DNA of 64,000 nucleotides. Origin: Marsupella aquatica (lineage: Eukaryota; Plantae; Marchantiophyta). The notes beneath the pieces were generated by a model, which was given only the letters and a program-made list of their open reading frames with translations, had not been told where the DNA came from and searched no databases. The position numbers and the translations under genes are program-made. Location: assembly GCA_973895155.1 (NCBI GenBank), contig OZ316895.1:2839659-2903658 (forward strand). The letters run 5' to 3'. Of this stretch, positions 24,271 through 37,164 are shown piece after piece (the stretch's first letter is position 1; each line of letters starts with the position of its first letter).

Positions 24271-27200
24271 TCGCACAGGTCCTAAAATTTAAGAGAACCA
24301 GGATGGCTCTACAATAGTGCTTAGTGCAAGGGACATGTGATGAACGGCTCACGCCTGGGCTTCGGTCACTTGTTGAAATGTCACTGATATCCTTTGACAC
24401 AAAAAAGGGCTGGGAAGGAAGCCGACGGGAAGTAATGAAGTGGAGGGAATATTCAGTAATCCTTTGTTTCCCCTAATCCGGCCCCTATCCATTGTGCATG
24501 ATACAAAGAAATATCTAACACAAGCCCTATGCCCATGTGTTGCATGGTGTAAGGAAGGGCGGCCCATAGCGAGTTGGGCAGGGGCATTTATGGGGCAGAG
24601 GGAAGCATATATGTGTCAAGGTTACACATTTTCTCCATCAATGATCAGGGAAAATAACTAATCTAATCCAACGGCTGTGAATCGTTCCTGCCCAGGTGCT
24701 TTTTTGTATTGGGACTAAGGACTAAAAAAGGTGAGATCCCTTATTATAGTTGTAGATATTCACATTACTCACAAAAGTAGAAAAATATTATTTAGTTTAT
24801 GGATCAATTTGCTAGATCTATGCCAGATCTAATAGCTAACCTTAATTTACAGGAAATCTGACAGTCCATATAAATATGTTAGGCCAAGAGAGACACATTT
24901 CTACAACAACATTTGCCATTCACCCTAGGTACTGTCTTATGAAATGCTAACCCAATGCGGGTGCATTGCACCATTGTCGTTGTTCCCATGCTATTGTTGG
25001 TGCTGCAACCTGGTCATTGCGTAGAAATGTCAAGGTGAGACAGAGAAGTGCACTTCAGACAAGCAAATGTTGTTATTCCGGTCATGTTGTCTGTGCACTC
25101 TGGTTGTAGTTGTGGAAGACAGTGCCGCCCTCTCAATTGGGTAGTTGTAATTTACCAAAAATTTGTCATTTTGGTTAATGTCAGTTGTAAGTTGCTGCAA
25201 AAGTGATGCTGTTAGGGGGGGGGGGGGGGGGGGGGGGTGATGCAAGACCTTTTGGGCATCCTAGAGTCTAGGCCCAATCAGTAGAGCTACATGGAGAAAT
25301 AACATTTTTTCTTTGTTGCCCTTCTCCCCAGTTTTTCTTTTTTCCCCTCCCTAGCACCCTCCCGTCCTCTCCTTCCCTTGTTGTCTCCCTCCCCTCTCTA
25401 GGCCAAACTCTAACTGGGGTCCAGGTACTGAATTTTTCTCCCGGTAGCTCTTGCCACCTACAATTTTTTTTAACAAATGAAGGGTATTTTAAAATTTTAT
25501 GAAATATTACAATAACCTAGCCTGGGGGTTTTATGTAGGACCAAAAATTCTTTTAAGAACTAACGAGATAGATTTTAATGTCTCTCCAAAATATCCCAAG
25601 GGGTACCAGGAGGGGCTTCCGGTCACAGGTATACTCATTACATTTCTCTTAGTGAGGACCCAGGAGCCACCTACTTGGGAACGGCCCCACTAGATCTTTG
25701 AGATCACCTATGGATCCCTAGCTATGGGCCATCTTCATGGACAACTACAATAACACCAATGGTGAGCCATAGAAATGGCAGGTTGACACCCCAAACCCCG
25801 AGATGGACCTCAAGTTAAAAGCCTACCAACCTCCCCCATGCTTTCCTTGAATGCACTAGCACTCTTGTGTGATTTTCCATCCCTTGGCCTGGACAGAGTA
25901 GCGACAAATCTCTACTGATCACAACTGGCTGATGACTTTTGAGGTTCTTGAAACACAATTATACTCCTCTAATATATGCTATTGGGGAACACAGTCTTGA
26001 TTCCCTATTTTTGGCCCCAACTTGTCTTGCAACTTGTATCCTCGCTTGTATATATCTAGTCAGGACCATAATGGGGCCATGACTCCATTGGCAATTTTAC
26101 ACAATCATATCATCACAGTCATATTAACCACAATGGTGCTACCAGCACCATCTCATGATCACTTTAGTTAAGGTGCCTTCTTGATCTGAGGGGTATTGCA
26201 ATTGGTCGGCAACACCTTCCCTCTCTCCCCCTCCTTGCATGAGGGCGCGCAAGGGAAGGTGAGGCATGTCAAGGGAGCAGGGTGATAAAGGGCTTCAAGC
26301 ACAGAAAGCAAGGGCACTGGCAGCAAGCAGGGTGAGGGGGAGGGTGCATAAGGAGGAGAGGTTTTCTGGGGTGGATTGAATGGGCAATTCTGAAAAAGCA
26401 AGATTTCAGCAATCGACAAGGATTTGTTTCCACTTTTTGTAAGCAGATTGCGTTATAGAAGAATTTGTGAGATTGTGTATTAGATTGTTAATACTAGCGA
26501 AATCCTTGGCTCAAATCACTACCCAGTCACAAGTGAGGATTGGATCTCTATTGTACATTTGAACTTATTGTACATTTGAACTTAGATTGGATACCAAAAT
26601 AATTTTTTTTAATTTTTTTTTAAATAATATTTGTTTGAAAATCAAACTGCTCACTTTATATCCAGGTTATATTATTTAAATGAAAAATCCCAACAAATTA
26701 AAGAATCCTATCCAAATAAAAAGTTTGCACGGAGCTTTGCAACCCAATACACAAAACAATAAATAGGACAAACCCCCAAAACCTACCACTGCACTAGTGT
26801 GGTGATCTGATGGTCCACATCTAGTGTGATAACTAAGCTACAAGTGAGACATGTACTTTAATGGGGCGAGCCTAAAATGTTTTCTAGGCAAGAAAACAAC
26901 AAGTTGCATTCCATTAAAAAATGCCATTACGATCATGAAAAAACCCTAGCAAGCTATTTCTTGGTTTGCAGAAAACCACAGCCAAAATATCCTCAAATTG
27001 ACAAGAACCATTCATGCAGCGAGGTCTCGATTAGGTCCCTAATGTCCACCAGAGCATGATGGAGAGAGTCGAGTCATACCCGTGTGCATATGGTTGCAAG
27101 AACTTTAATTTGGGCTGCCTTTAACACTTAGGGTACATTTTTCCATTCACCCCCTCTGCCACCCTTGTACTAGTTCTTGCAAACTAGGGGTGGGCACAGG

Positions 27201-28368
27201 AAGTGTACCGCTCCTAGCGCAATGAACTTGCCCTGCCTAACTCTCGCCCCTTTGCCAAAACCGGAATGTGGGGTGAAAAGTGTAAATGGAAAGTGGTCCT
27301 GAGCCATTCTAACTAGAAACATAGTCGGTAGGATACCACCATCCACAAAAAAATCCAGCAGTCCCAACCGTATGCTGTGCATATAGGGCCCAGTATCTGT
27401 TTCTAAATGGTGGAAGGGCTGTGCTATCCTGTGTGCAAATTGTATGGTAGCTTCCTAACCCAGCTATTGCACTCATATTGCACATAAGCCTACCAAATGA
27501 CCTGGAATCCCACAAATGAAAGACTTGGGAAGAACAGTTTTCAAAAAATAGTTGGATATCCAGAGGAAGGTTTATCAAAATTACAAATTATTTTAAGCTG
27601 GCTTTAACAGGTCTTCAGTGTCCATTTTGCCAGTGTAGGGTGCAACATCTGGGTTGTCGTTGTTTGCTCAAGGTGACCGATTGTTTAATTGAAAATGAAT
27701 GCTTTCAGGGTACCTTAATAGATGCAATAGATAGTAATCGTCTGAGAAATATTTTCAAAATTGAGTGTTTTACGTTGGGCACGATACTCAATCAACCACC
27801 AGAAGGTGCCTCAAGTGGCCAGATTCCTCTTTGGCATGTTTAACAGTCCTCCCTCATGCAACCGTCTTTAGCCGCCAGGCTAGACCTCATGCTCGTTGTG
27901 GGGTAGAAACCTAAAGACAAAGTAGGACCACCCATGAGAATGAGGCTTAAAGAAGTACTCTCACTTTTTTCATGATTTAAGCCTTATGTACTTTAGTTGG
28001 TTTTGTCTTTGGTTTTTAAAGGAAAAGGTCACGGTGTGCCCAATCTAAAAATGTTAGCATAAGCTTTGGATGAGATCTCTATCTTAAACCTTTAATTTGC
28101 TTCTTTGTGTACATATGTCTAGAGGTATCAGCTAGGATGGGATCTCTATTTCAAACCTTTTTCCTCAGATAAATTTCCTAAAGTTGCATGATTGGGATAA
28201 GTAGGAAGACAATCATGCATTGTTTGCTTTGGAATGGGTGACACAGCCCTGAGGAGAAGCCAGTCAATATCATCCATCATGCATTTAGCATAGAAAGCTT
28301 GACTTCCACACAGAGAGCATATTGAGATCCTATCTGAGTTCAAAAGTTTGTATGGAGATCCCATTGGA

Positions 28369-28588
28369 GCTTATGACTCTAATTTATTATCTGCAAATTC
28401 ACTAAAATGGAGAAAACAGTGCTTATTGTCAGGTTTGAAAACGCTTATGACTCTAATTTATTATCTGCAAATTCACTAAAATGGAAAGAACATTGCTTAT
28501 TGTCAGGTTTGAAAAAGCTTATGACTCTAATTTATTATCTGAAAATACACTGAAAGGGAAGGACATTGCTTATTGTCAGGTTTGAAAA
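28369..28588. repeat. 74-bp tandem repeat, three copies
   Basis: GCTTATGACTCTAATTTATTATCTG...TGCTTATTGTCAGGTTTGAAAA at 28369, 28443 and 28517. Confidence 0.9.
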
Positions 28589-31500
28589 GACATGAAAGAC
28601 TATGAATTGAGACCTGATCATTAGTTCATAGCTCTATTGCAGTGCTGAATCTTTATTTTCTTTGTTACTTGCTTGGTTATGAGTTGTTTGGTTATGATTT
28701 CAAAGCAGCAGTTTCGGTTGGATGCAATTGAACGATTCAAAGAAGTACGAAGATTCTGCAACCATCCCGAGAAACAAATCATTTAGCCTGCTATGGCATA
28801 GAGTATCCTTTGAAAATTCTATAATCTGTGCCCATATGAGCCTATGGATGTCGGCAGTAAACTCTATGGTTATGAAAGGGTCCATAACACCAAAATATGC
28901 CACACTGCAAAAGTACAGAAAGTACCAAACCACGAGACAAGGTCCAAAAGGCAATCATCCCCTAAAGGGAAGAGCACCGTGAGCTTAAAACTGGGAACAA
29001 GTAAGACTAAAATGACATAAGAGCAGTGATTTATTTCTGTCACAAGAGCAACGAAGCCACTAGCCATCAAAGAAAGAGAAACATAGGAAGAAGGAAAAGG
29101 AAGGGAGGATCTGAGGTTCCACTCCCCTTCTCACTGTGTGTGTGTGTGTGTCAAATCCAAGCGCCTTGCAATTATTTGCAAATGAAATCATTTAGTTGAA
29201 AAATGGGAAGGGAGAGCCAAAAGGGATGGACAATGAAGGCAATGGAAGGGAGGAGAATGGCACAGAGTATGTCTGCAGTTGAATACAATACGGCAAAAAA
29301 TAATTGAATTCTTGTTCTTGTTTTAAAATGTGACATAAGTCCATAAACAGTGGGGCTGGAGAATATATGTGGGTAGTTTAGGAAATGGGGAAGAAATTAA
29401 ATTCCAGACCCAACAGCCTGGCCTTTTTTACCTGAGCCCTGAAAAACAGTGTTATCTGTTGAAATTGGCTACAAATAATCTTTTGCTAGATACAAGTGAA
29501 ATAAAAAATATAGACTGAGAAAACTTGTTGGTTTAATTGTCTTAGTGGCCACCTGCAAAATTCTACAAATACAAATATATTTTCACAATTGAGAATTGCA
29601 AGCCAAGGTACGACTAGGGGGTTTTGTAAGAAGCAAGCAAGCAAGAATTTCCGCAGAAGGCTGTTGCCAGTGAAGCAAATTAATCGGATTGCTAGCAAGT
29701 CATAGTCATGTCCAAATTCAGTATCTGGAGACTCTCAGGCACCTCTTAGTCAGCAACGTTGCTACCCTCTGACATTGGATTTCTAGCGCATTTGCAGAAC
29801 TCACTCCGATATGATCAACAAGTTGACTAGCTGAAAATAGGCCAGAAATTGGATTTCTGACGAAAAAAATGACTCTAAACTTAAGGTAGGAAATCAAATT
29901 TTGGCTAGCAATGATATAAAATTTGCTAGTGAAGTAGTGGATATTTAGTGCTCTTCCCTCATATGAGACAAAAGTAAGGTATTGCTGCTGACCAAGTGCA
30001 AGTTGTCCTCAAGCCCTGGGAGACTATTGAACTGCCACTTGTGGCAGGTGATGATGATAGTTGAAACACATCTCAATAAGAGGAACGAAATCTACGTCCA
30101 AGGACAGGATAGAAGAAGAGTTGATTGCACCAGAGAACTCCACCAAGTATGGGAGTAGATTCGTATGTTTAGAAAAGAGGAAGCAGCCCAGACAGATGAA
30201 CAGGCACATGTCTCAGGGTGGCTTTACAGGGTCTTCGGGGCAGTTTTCACAATTTTAGGGTGGCTTTACAGGGTCTTGGGGCAGTTTTCACAATTTTTTT
30301 TGTCTCCAAGATCTGATCAGAGCCATCCATTATTTTGGGAGAAACTGCTGCTGTTCACTTTACAAAACATTGGGGGCACTTTCAACGGAACCTGTTACCA
30401 ATCTTACATGCAATACAATGGGGCCCAATTTTTGCTTATGTGGAGTACTCTTTTGTCCTAGATTTTAGACCACCTCCCTTGGTGGTCTCTTCTTCTGACG
30501 TCTTGGTCCATTTTTATTTTAAGTCATTTGCATTAAAAAGGGACCCACAAGTCCTTCATAAAATATTATTTTCTCACATTTACAAAGACTTTAGCCAAAA
30601 ATTAACTGACATTCAGGTGGAGTGGGTATTCAATCTGTCTTTTAGTCAATTAATTTGGCACCATTGGCTGCACTTGGCTTTACAAGACCTTGGGGGCAAT
30701 AATAAAAGGATTCAAAAAATGCTTTTAGCCCCAAGACACTATATTTAGTGTGTGCAATGGTATTCCAGTTTGCTTTGGTGAAAAAAACTCCCAAGTGCCC
30801 CCAATTTCTTGTAAAGTCCTCCTCAAAACACAGATGAGAGTACGAGTCTATGGGTAGCGGACCACCAAGACTTTTTGAGTTATGGGCTCTAATATATCTG
30901 TAGGCAAAACAAACTGAAGCAGGATTGGGATTTAGAGCGAGCTATTTTGTTATTTTGTTGTGGCTCTTCACGGTCTGGTAGATTACAGTAGCTGGGTGTT
31001 TTCTTGGGCCTGCTTGCCTGGTCTCCCGGGCACATTTGCTTAGTCTGTTCCCTTCGCCTGGGCGGCTTTTGTCCCTGTGCTTGGATGGGGCCCTGCATCC
31101 ATCCCATTAAAACATAAAGAAAGGGAAAGTTTTGGTATTTGCTAGCATAATACTCGTTCTCCTTACTAAGGGACCAACACTTGAGGCAACTTTGCCTCAA
31201 AAGCACCAGTGAGCTAGAGCCAGATCAACAAAATCATATGAATTTAGTAGTAATAAAATCCTTTCTACTCCACGAGGCCGCTTCCTTTGCCAATTTGCTC
31301 TCTGTCGAAGCGTTTTCGGATTGCTGACTTATCAATAGCCTGCGACTCGTGCTTTGGCCAACATAGCTTGATTCCCTCCCCATGCTACAACGTACTATAT
31401 TATAATGGTGGCTGAGTACCGTCGATTGGGGCTTTATCCATATCCTCTGACCCGTTCGAGCTAACTTGCCGCCTAGCTCGAGCTCTCGAGCGCATCGGCA

Positions 31501-31608
31501 GTTGGTCCTTCTGTTCTCCTGGGGCCTCCTACCCTCCGAATTTGGATTCTCACCAACTCTACGAATTATCGAAGTAAGCAGCAGAGCCCACTAGCAGCCA
31601 CTTCAAAC

Positions 31609-31772
31609 CCTCAGTCACGGGGTGCTCTATAGTAGCCTCAGAGTGGTAGAGTTTTCCCACAGTAGGACTTTTCTGTTCCTTCAAGAGGAGCCAATTCATA
31701 GCCTCAGTCACTGGGGGCTCCACAGTAGCCTCAGAAGTCGTAGAGTTTTCCCGCAGTAGGACTTTTCTGTCC
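31609..31772. repeat. ~92-bp imperfect tandem duplication upstream of the USP gene
   Basis: CCTCAGTCAC.GGG..CTC.A.AGTAGCCTCAGA..GT.GTAGAGTTTTCCC.CAGTAGGACTTTTCTGT occurs twice. Confidence 0.75.
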
Positions 31773-32552
31773 CTTGCAGTTTGTTTGGGCCCGGGTTTGG
31801 GCCCGTTGATTCAATAGATAGAATGACCCAATTCAATTTCATTGCCTCTTCTTGACTTTGTGGAGTCTTTCTTCGATACTAAGTGGTCCAGGATTCGCTA
31901 GGCTGGGTCGGAAGCTGGGGGACCACTGATCAGTCACACGGCCGTCTCAAGTCATATATAATGTATCGAGAGGGAAGTGCTTTCCATTACGCAAATACAC
32001 TGCAAAGCAAGCTTTTAACCGTCTCAATCATAGTAGTAGTTTCGACTCCTGTTCGCGTCTTTGGGAGATTTTATTTGGATTTCCCGCTTCTTCAATTTCG
32101 CCTCCTCCTCCTCCTCGCTTTGAAGTGTCGTGCTGCGATGAGGGTGGTCCCTCGCTGGGAAACCATTAAAATCGATCACTCGTCGTTCCTGAGTTATGAT
32201 ATATATACGGTCTAGAGAAGGGGATCGCGATCCTCAACCAGCAAAGCCTTAAACGGCGAATGTGATTTTGGTTTCTGTCTTCCTTTCAGCTTCTCGTGAC
32301 ATCCTTCGATCTCAGTCCGTTTCTTCAATCAAAATTCACCGCCTCTCAATTTTGGGACGTTGGGTGCTTCAAATCCAATTCTTCCCAGGTGCTTGATCTC
32401 TTCTGAGCTGCTTTCATAACTCTATTTCCTTCTCGATTCTCGTGGACCTCTTCCTCCTTAGTGAACTCATCATCGCCAAGCATCAGTCAAGTGGCTCTCT
32501 GTGACACCGTCTAGGAAAGATTCTGACAACATATATAGAGAGAGAGGAGAGG

Positions 32553-33047
32553 ATGGCTGATAGGCATTTTGGAATGGCTCTGGACTTCTCGGCGAGCAGC
32601 AACTACGCGCTCCAGTGGGCCATCGACAACATCCTGAGGGACGGTGACAAGCTGATTCTCTTGATGGTAGTCAAGAAAACCGGTGAGGGGAAGACCGTTG
32701 AGCAACTTTGGAGTGCCTACGGATCGCCTCTAATACCGTTCCAAGAATTCACTGACGTGGTTCTGATGACCCGCTACGGCGTCACGGTGAGCTCTGGAGT
32801 CTATGACTCGCTGCGCAAATTGGTCGGTTCAAAGCAAGTGATTGTGTTCGGGAAGGTTTACTACGGAGATGCCAAAGAGAAACTGATCGACGCTGTCGTC
32901 GAGCTTCCTTTGGATTCTATGGTACTTGGAAGTCGAGGTCTCGGAGGTCTTAAGAAAGTGTTCTTGGGAAGTGTGAGCGACCACGTTGTCAATAATGCTC
33001 CTTGCCCTGTCACAGTTGTGAAGCTGCCGGAGTTCTGTGTTTATTAA
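32553..33047 (+). CDS. Universal stress protein (UspA-like, adenine nucleotide alpha hydrolase-like), single coding exon
   Basis: MADRHFGMALDFSASSNYALQWAIDN, GSPLIP, YYGDAKEKL..AV..L.LD.MVLGSRGLG.LKKVFLGSVSDHVVNNAPCPVTVVK (USP G-2x-G-9x-GS ATP-binding motif); intact 164-aa ORF. Confidence 0.93.
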   Translation: MADRHFGMALDFSASSNYALQWAIDNILRDGDKLILLMVVKKTGEGKTVEQLWSAYGSPLIPFQEFTDVVLMTRYGVTVSSGVYDSLRKLVGSKQVIVFGKVYYGDAKEKLIDAVVELPLDSMVLGSRGLGGLKKVFLGSVSDHVVNNAPCPVTVVKLPEFCVY

Positions 33048-36000
33048 GTTGTTGTCGTCCGATTCTTGGAGAGTGACCGTCTCCCGTGGGCCGGTGACAC
33101 TGACGAGAAATTGGGAAAATCGATGACAAAGAGATGCGATGCCGTCACGGTAGTTCCCACTGGGTGTTGCGCAGCTGACGACGCTCTACTTACAACCTCC
33201 CCCACGCACAGTATCAATTGGCTTAAATTTTGTGAGCTAGCTTAAAAGCACAATATGATCGAGTGGGCGACCAGGAGTAGATTGTGTGTTGCGGCCACAA
33301 GAACACTTCCTGATATCTTCTATGAATAGTGCTCTTCCATCCAATTCAGAAAGCCATCACTGTGTTGGTCTTTAGGAGGACTGCCAGTTCTTTGACCAGC
33401 AGGAACCATGCATGCACTGGTGTAGACTCACTAAAAAGTCTAATCTGCAGTATGAGGAGGCCAGGTGCTTTCAAATCAACAGAGACCGAAACGGGAGGTC
33501 ACGTTTCTCCGGAATGAATCACCAAGGCCTTGACAAGAAGTTACAGGTAAACATCATGCTGCAATTGGAGAGCACGATGGGCAAAGGGTGCTGGCGGAGA
33601 TAGATGCTCATGGCAACGAAATGGAAGAGGCAAATGAAAAAACTGAAGGCCTATATTGCTGTGTAAGACGGATGATTGCTGGAGCTTTCAAACGGAAACG
33701 AATGAGATGGAAGAGAAATGAATGAAGGGATCTGGAAATTGGCGTAGATGCTATGAATGAGCATCAACTATACTTTCCGCCGCAGAAACATACACATATA
33801 ATTTTGACACCATACTGTAATGTGACAGATTAACTTTGAAGGACTGAAGCCACGGGGGCGTTTATCGACTGGGTCAAGCGGAAATACTTGTCTACATAGT
33901 GGTGCAGCTTAATTTGAGAGTGTGGCTTCCTTCTGTCAGATCTATGGGTCAATCTGCTGGTATGGAGATCATACCGAGGACGTATTTCCGTTTAGATGCC
34001 CGCAGATTGAATTCTTAGTTGTACCAAAGCCGATTTCGTACTCATCAATTCCGAAACGAAATATTTCTCTAAAATGTTCAATATTTGGGGCTATCACGTA
34101 CCCCAGTTCGGAGAAATGAAAAGCCCAAAACTATGGATGAGAATCTTATGTGCCACATTGATTGAATTGGACTGGCGGTGGTTCAACGTAGGCTAGTACT
34201 GAGATCGAAAATCCTCGTAGGATTTCCTCCTTCGAGACAACGCAGCCGCCAGAACAGTGCTGGGCATGTATTAGAAGAACACCATAAACCAGGGAGCTCT
34301 AACAAACAGCCTCGTAAAACTCAGTTTTTCGTTTGATGGGTGTCATGAGTACAACAGCAACATTTGCCACTGTTAGTTTTCTCTGTTCTTGGGCAGGTTT
34401 CTCTGCTGGTACTCAAAGTCTACATACTCACCAACCGGTATTTTCCATCTTTGTTAAAACCTAAATCCAATGCGTCTCTACTTGAAGACTGCTCTCTGCT
34501 CGTGCCTGAAAACACGTAGTCGTTGGGAGGACCGAAGGTTGTTAGGGGTCAGAAAAGCTAAACAGGTCAAAGAAGTGTTTCCCGACAGCCATTATTTGGA
34601 AAATATTGTACACCTTCCATTTGAAAAACTAATCGGCCGTTCTGGAATTTTAGAGTACAAGTCTCAGCTGACTCACTTCTTGTCACACAACACGCAATCA
34701 TCATCAGTTTGGGTCTGATGCATTACTCCAACGTACCATAACGTGCCAAAAACTTATCCCATTTCTTACTAAAATGTTTCTCTCGGCAACAACCCAGGCC
34801 TATAATTGTTGCATGCGCTTTTCAGTTAGCATTATGGTAGAGATCTTCGACTATTCGTTAGACAATTTAGAAGCGAATCTTTTAAGCTGACTAGACTGAA
34901 ACCATCATATTTGTAAGGAAAATGTCCTAAGTCGGCAGTTTCGCGGTTGAATTGATTCTAAAGCACGGGTCGTGCTTGCAACCTTTCCTACATGACTTGT
35001 GGACAGCAAACATGGCCCCAATTGCCGTTCCGTCCCATCTTTTCTAATTTAGTTGTAGGAGCAAAGCTCACGAATAGACGCTTCAGCCAATGGGAGAGAA
35101 ATTCTAATTTTGATTGTATTGATGAAACTGACCATACACTAAAAATGTGTCAATAATGTGGACCCAATGCAAAGTAGGCTCTGGTGCGCCTCCGTCGGAA
35201 CGTAGGTTTCGCGCAAGAAAGTGGGTAGTCAAATTGTATACCAAAAGCATGAAGAGTGACCCACCGATTCTTCAGGTTCTATTCCCGTTATTGCTTGAAT
35301 TACTTGAGCAGTCTCTTCTGCATGAGTCCATCATTCTAAGTATTCAAAAATGATTTTGAGTGCTCCAAGAGAAGTGCAGGTTCCGATCCTCCATGAGAAA
35401 TTCTTCTACTAAAGATGTCTCCTCGCAACCCTCCGGCCTTAAAAACTGCCCTCCAAACCTCATTTGTAAACTGCCCTCCAAATCTCATAACCTCAGCTGA
35501 TAGCTCCAGCAGGAGGTAACAACTAGACCCCTAAACCCTCAATCATGCTGGTCAAAACAATTTTCTCGCCAAACTAGTCCTGGTTGTCACCAGAAAACAA
35601 GTGCCGGTAAGTTCCTACTTTGCAACAGAATTCAGCACAAATAAATCTCAATTCCAAGGTAAGTCACCTTTTGCATAGAATCGGATATTTCAAACCCCAG
35701 GTTACTGCCTTTCGGCTGTTCCACAATTTATTGCAGGTACCACCTTGGAGGATCGTGACGGCATGGCACTTTGGAGGAGGTGCAAAGAACGGCGCCACGG
35801 GGCGCAAGTCATCGACAATCAGCAACCAGTGGCTCTGCTTCCAAGCTGATTCTAAAGCCCGGCACCATCTGAGTTTTCAGGTCACGATCGGGATTGGCAT
35901 TCCCGACCTTGAGTGGGTCTCGCATTGAATATCACAGCACTCGGTCGTCGAGGGCGTTCGAAATTGCAACGACATTACGCCGCTTTCCTCAATGTAACTC

Positions 36001-36083
36001 TGCTGGCTGGAAGGCTGGCAGAGGCTGGCAGCCAACACTTCACGAATTCCAATACCAAACTATAGCCAAAAGTCATCATCCCT

Positions 36084-36415
36084 TGTTAAACTAAGACGTC
36101 ATTCGCAACGACCATACAACCATGACTCATTTCATGCACACGTAGTCGATACAATCTCTACGTGGTTCATCTCTTCTCCAAGGCTACGTCCACACGAACA
36201 CTCAAGCTTTACTTCAAGAGTAGACGAACATACATGCTCTTCCTCTTCTTCAAGTTGCTCCGTTACAATGAGTTAGCACCACTCACTAACGGCTGACACT
36301 AGCCCTGGTATATACAAGATCACACACGACTAACCTAATCTCAGCTAAAATCTTAATTATGGTTAGCCTAAGTACCATAACCTATGAGTCACAAGATTAA
36401 GAGCAATTCTTAACA
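36084..36415. mobile_element. Solo LTR, 332 bp (Copia-like termini)
   Basis: Begins TGTTAA and ends TTAACA; flanks TCCCT / TCCGT form a 4/5-matching 5-bp TSD; internal TATA-like sequence. Confidence 0.55.
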
Positions 36416-37164
36416 TCCGTGACTATGAAACTCTAACACGCCCTAATGAAACCAACCAACCAACATAATGGCATGAATTACCTACACATCTGTGGGGATC
36501 AATTTTTCATGCGGATGCTGGTGCACTGACTGCCAGAGTTAGTGGTGGGTGGCATTTTTTGGGAACAGAAGATTTTCAACATTTTGGTCACATAAAACTC
36601 CCTGAAAAGCTGGTTACGGACCCCCATTAGGGGTCCCTTGCAAAATTCCCGGCACCACAGCATGCCACATCAATAACACCTGCAACAAACAAGACTATTT
36701 GTATTTGTGAGTCAAATAACCGCACTCCATCATGTTTGCAACAGTTTCCAAGTAAAAACTGGGATGCCATGCCGTCAAAAGAGGATGTTAAAAAATTAAC
36801 AATTTAAATGAGTAAATGACTTAAAGTTTCACTTATAACCTTTTTAGTTACAATTGTAATTTCAACAAAAAATAAGAATTCATTCACTAATTTTGATTGG
36901 AACACAATTCATTTCACCAAATTTTGAAACCAAGTTTTGGCTACTGTAGCTAGGGACTAAGTTTGCAGGCTAGGGAGGTGGTGTACATTTAGTGTTTTTG
37001 CCTCGTAGGACAAAAAAGTAGGAGGAAATTGTTTGCTCGCATGATGATGATACCCTTCACAGACAGCGCGCCTGTTAATTCATCCTGGCTCAAAGTAACT
37101 TCCTGACTGGACTCGTAACTAGATTTCAGAAAATTAGGGAACGATTGAGATTGGCCAAACCAAA

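Noticed and set aside
25215-25237. Long G homopolymer giving a poly-Pro ORF
   Set aside because: Simple repeat; the surrounding ORF has no support.
26800-29100. Short ORFs that might be transposase remnants
   Set aside because: No recognisable motifs in any frame I could read.
33300-36080. Coding-looking patches downstream of the USP gene
   Set aside because: Fragmentary frames with no identifiable family; left unannotated.
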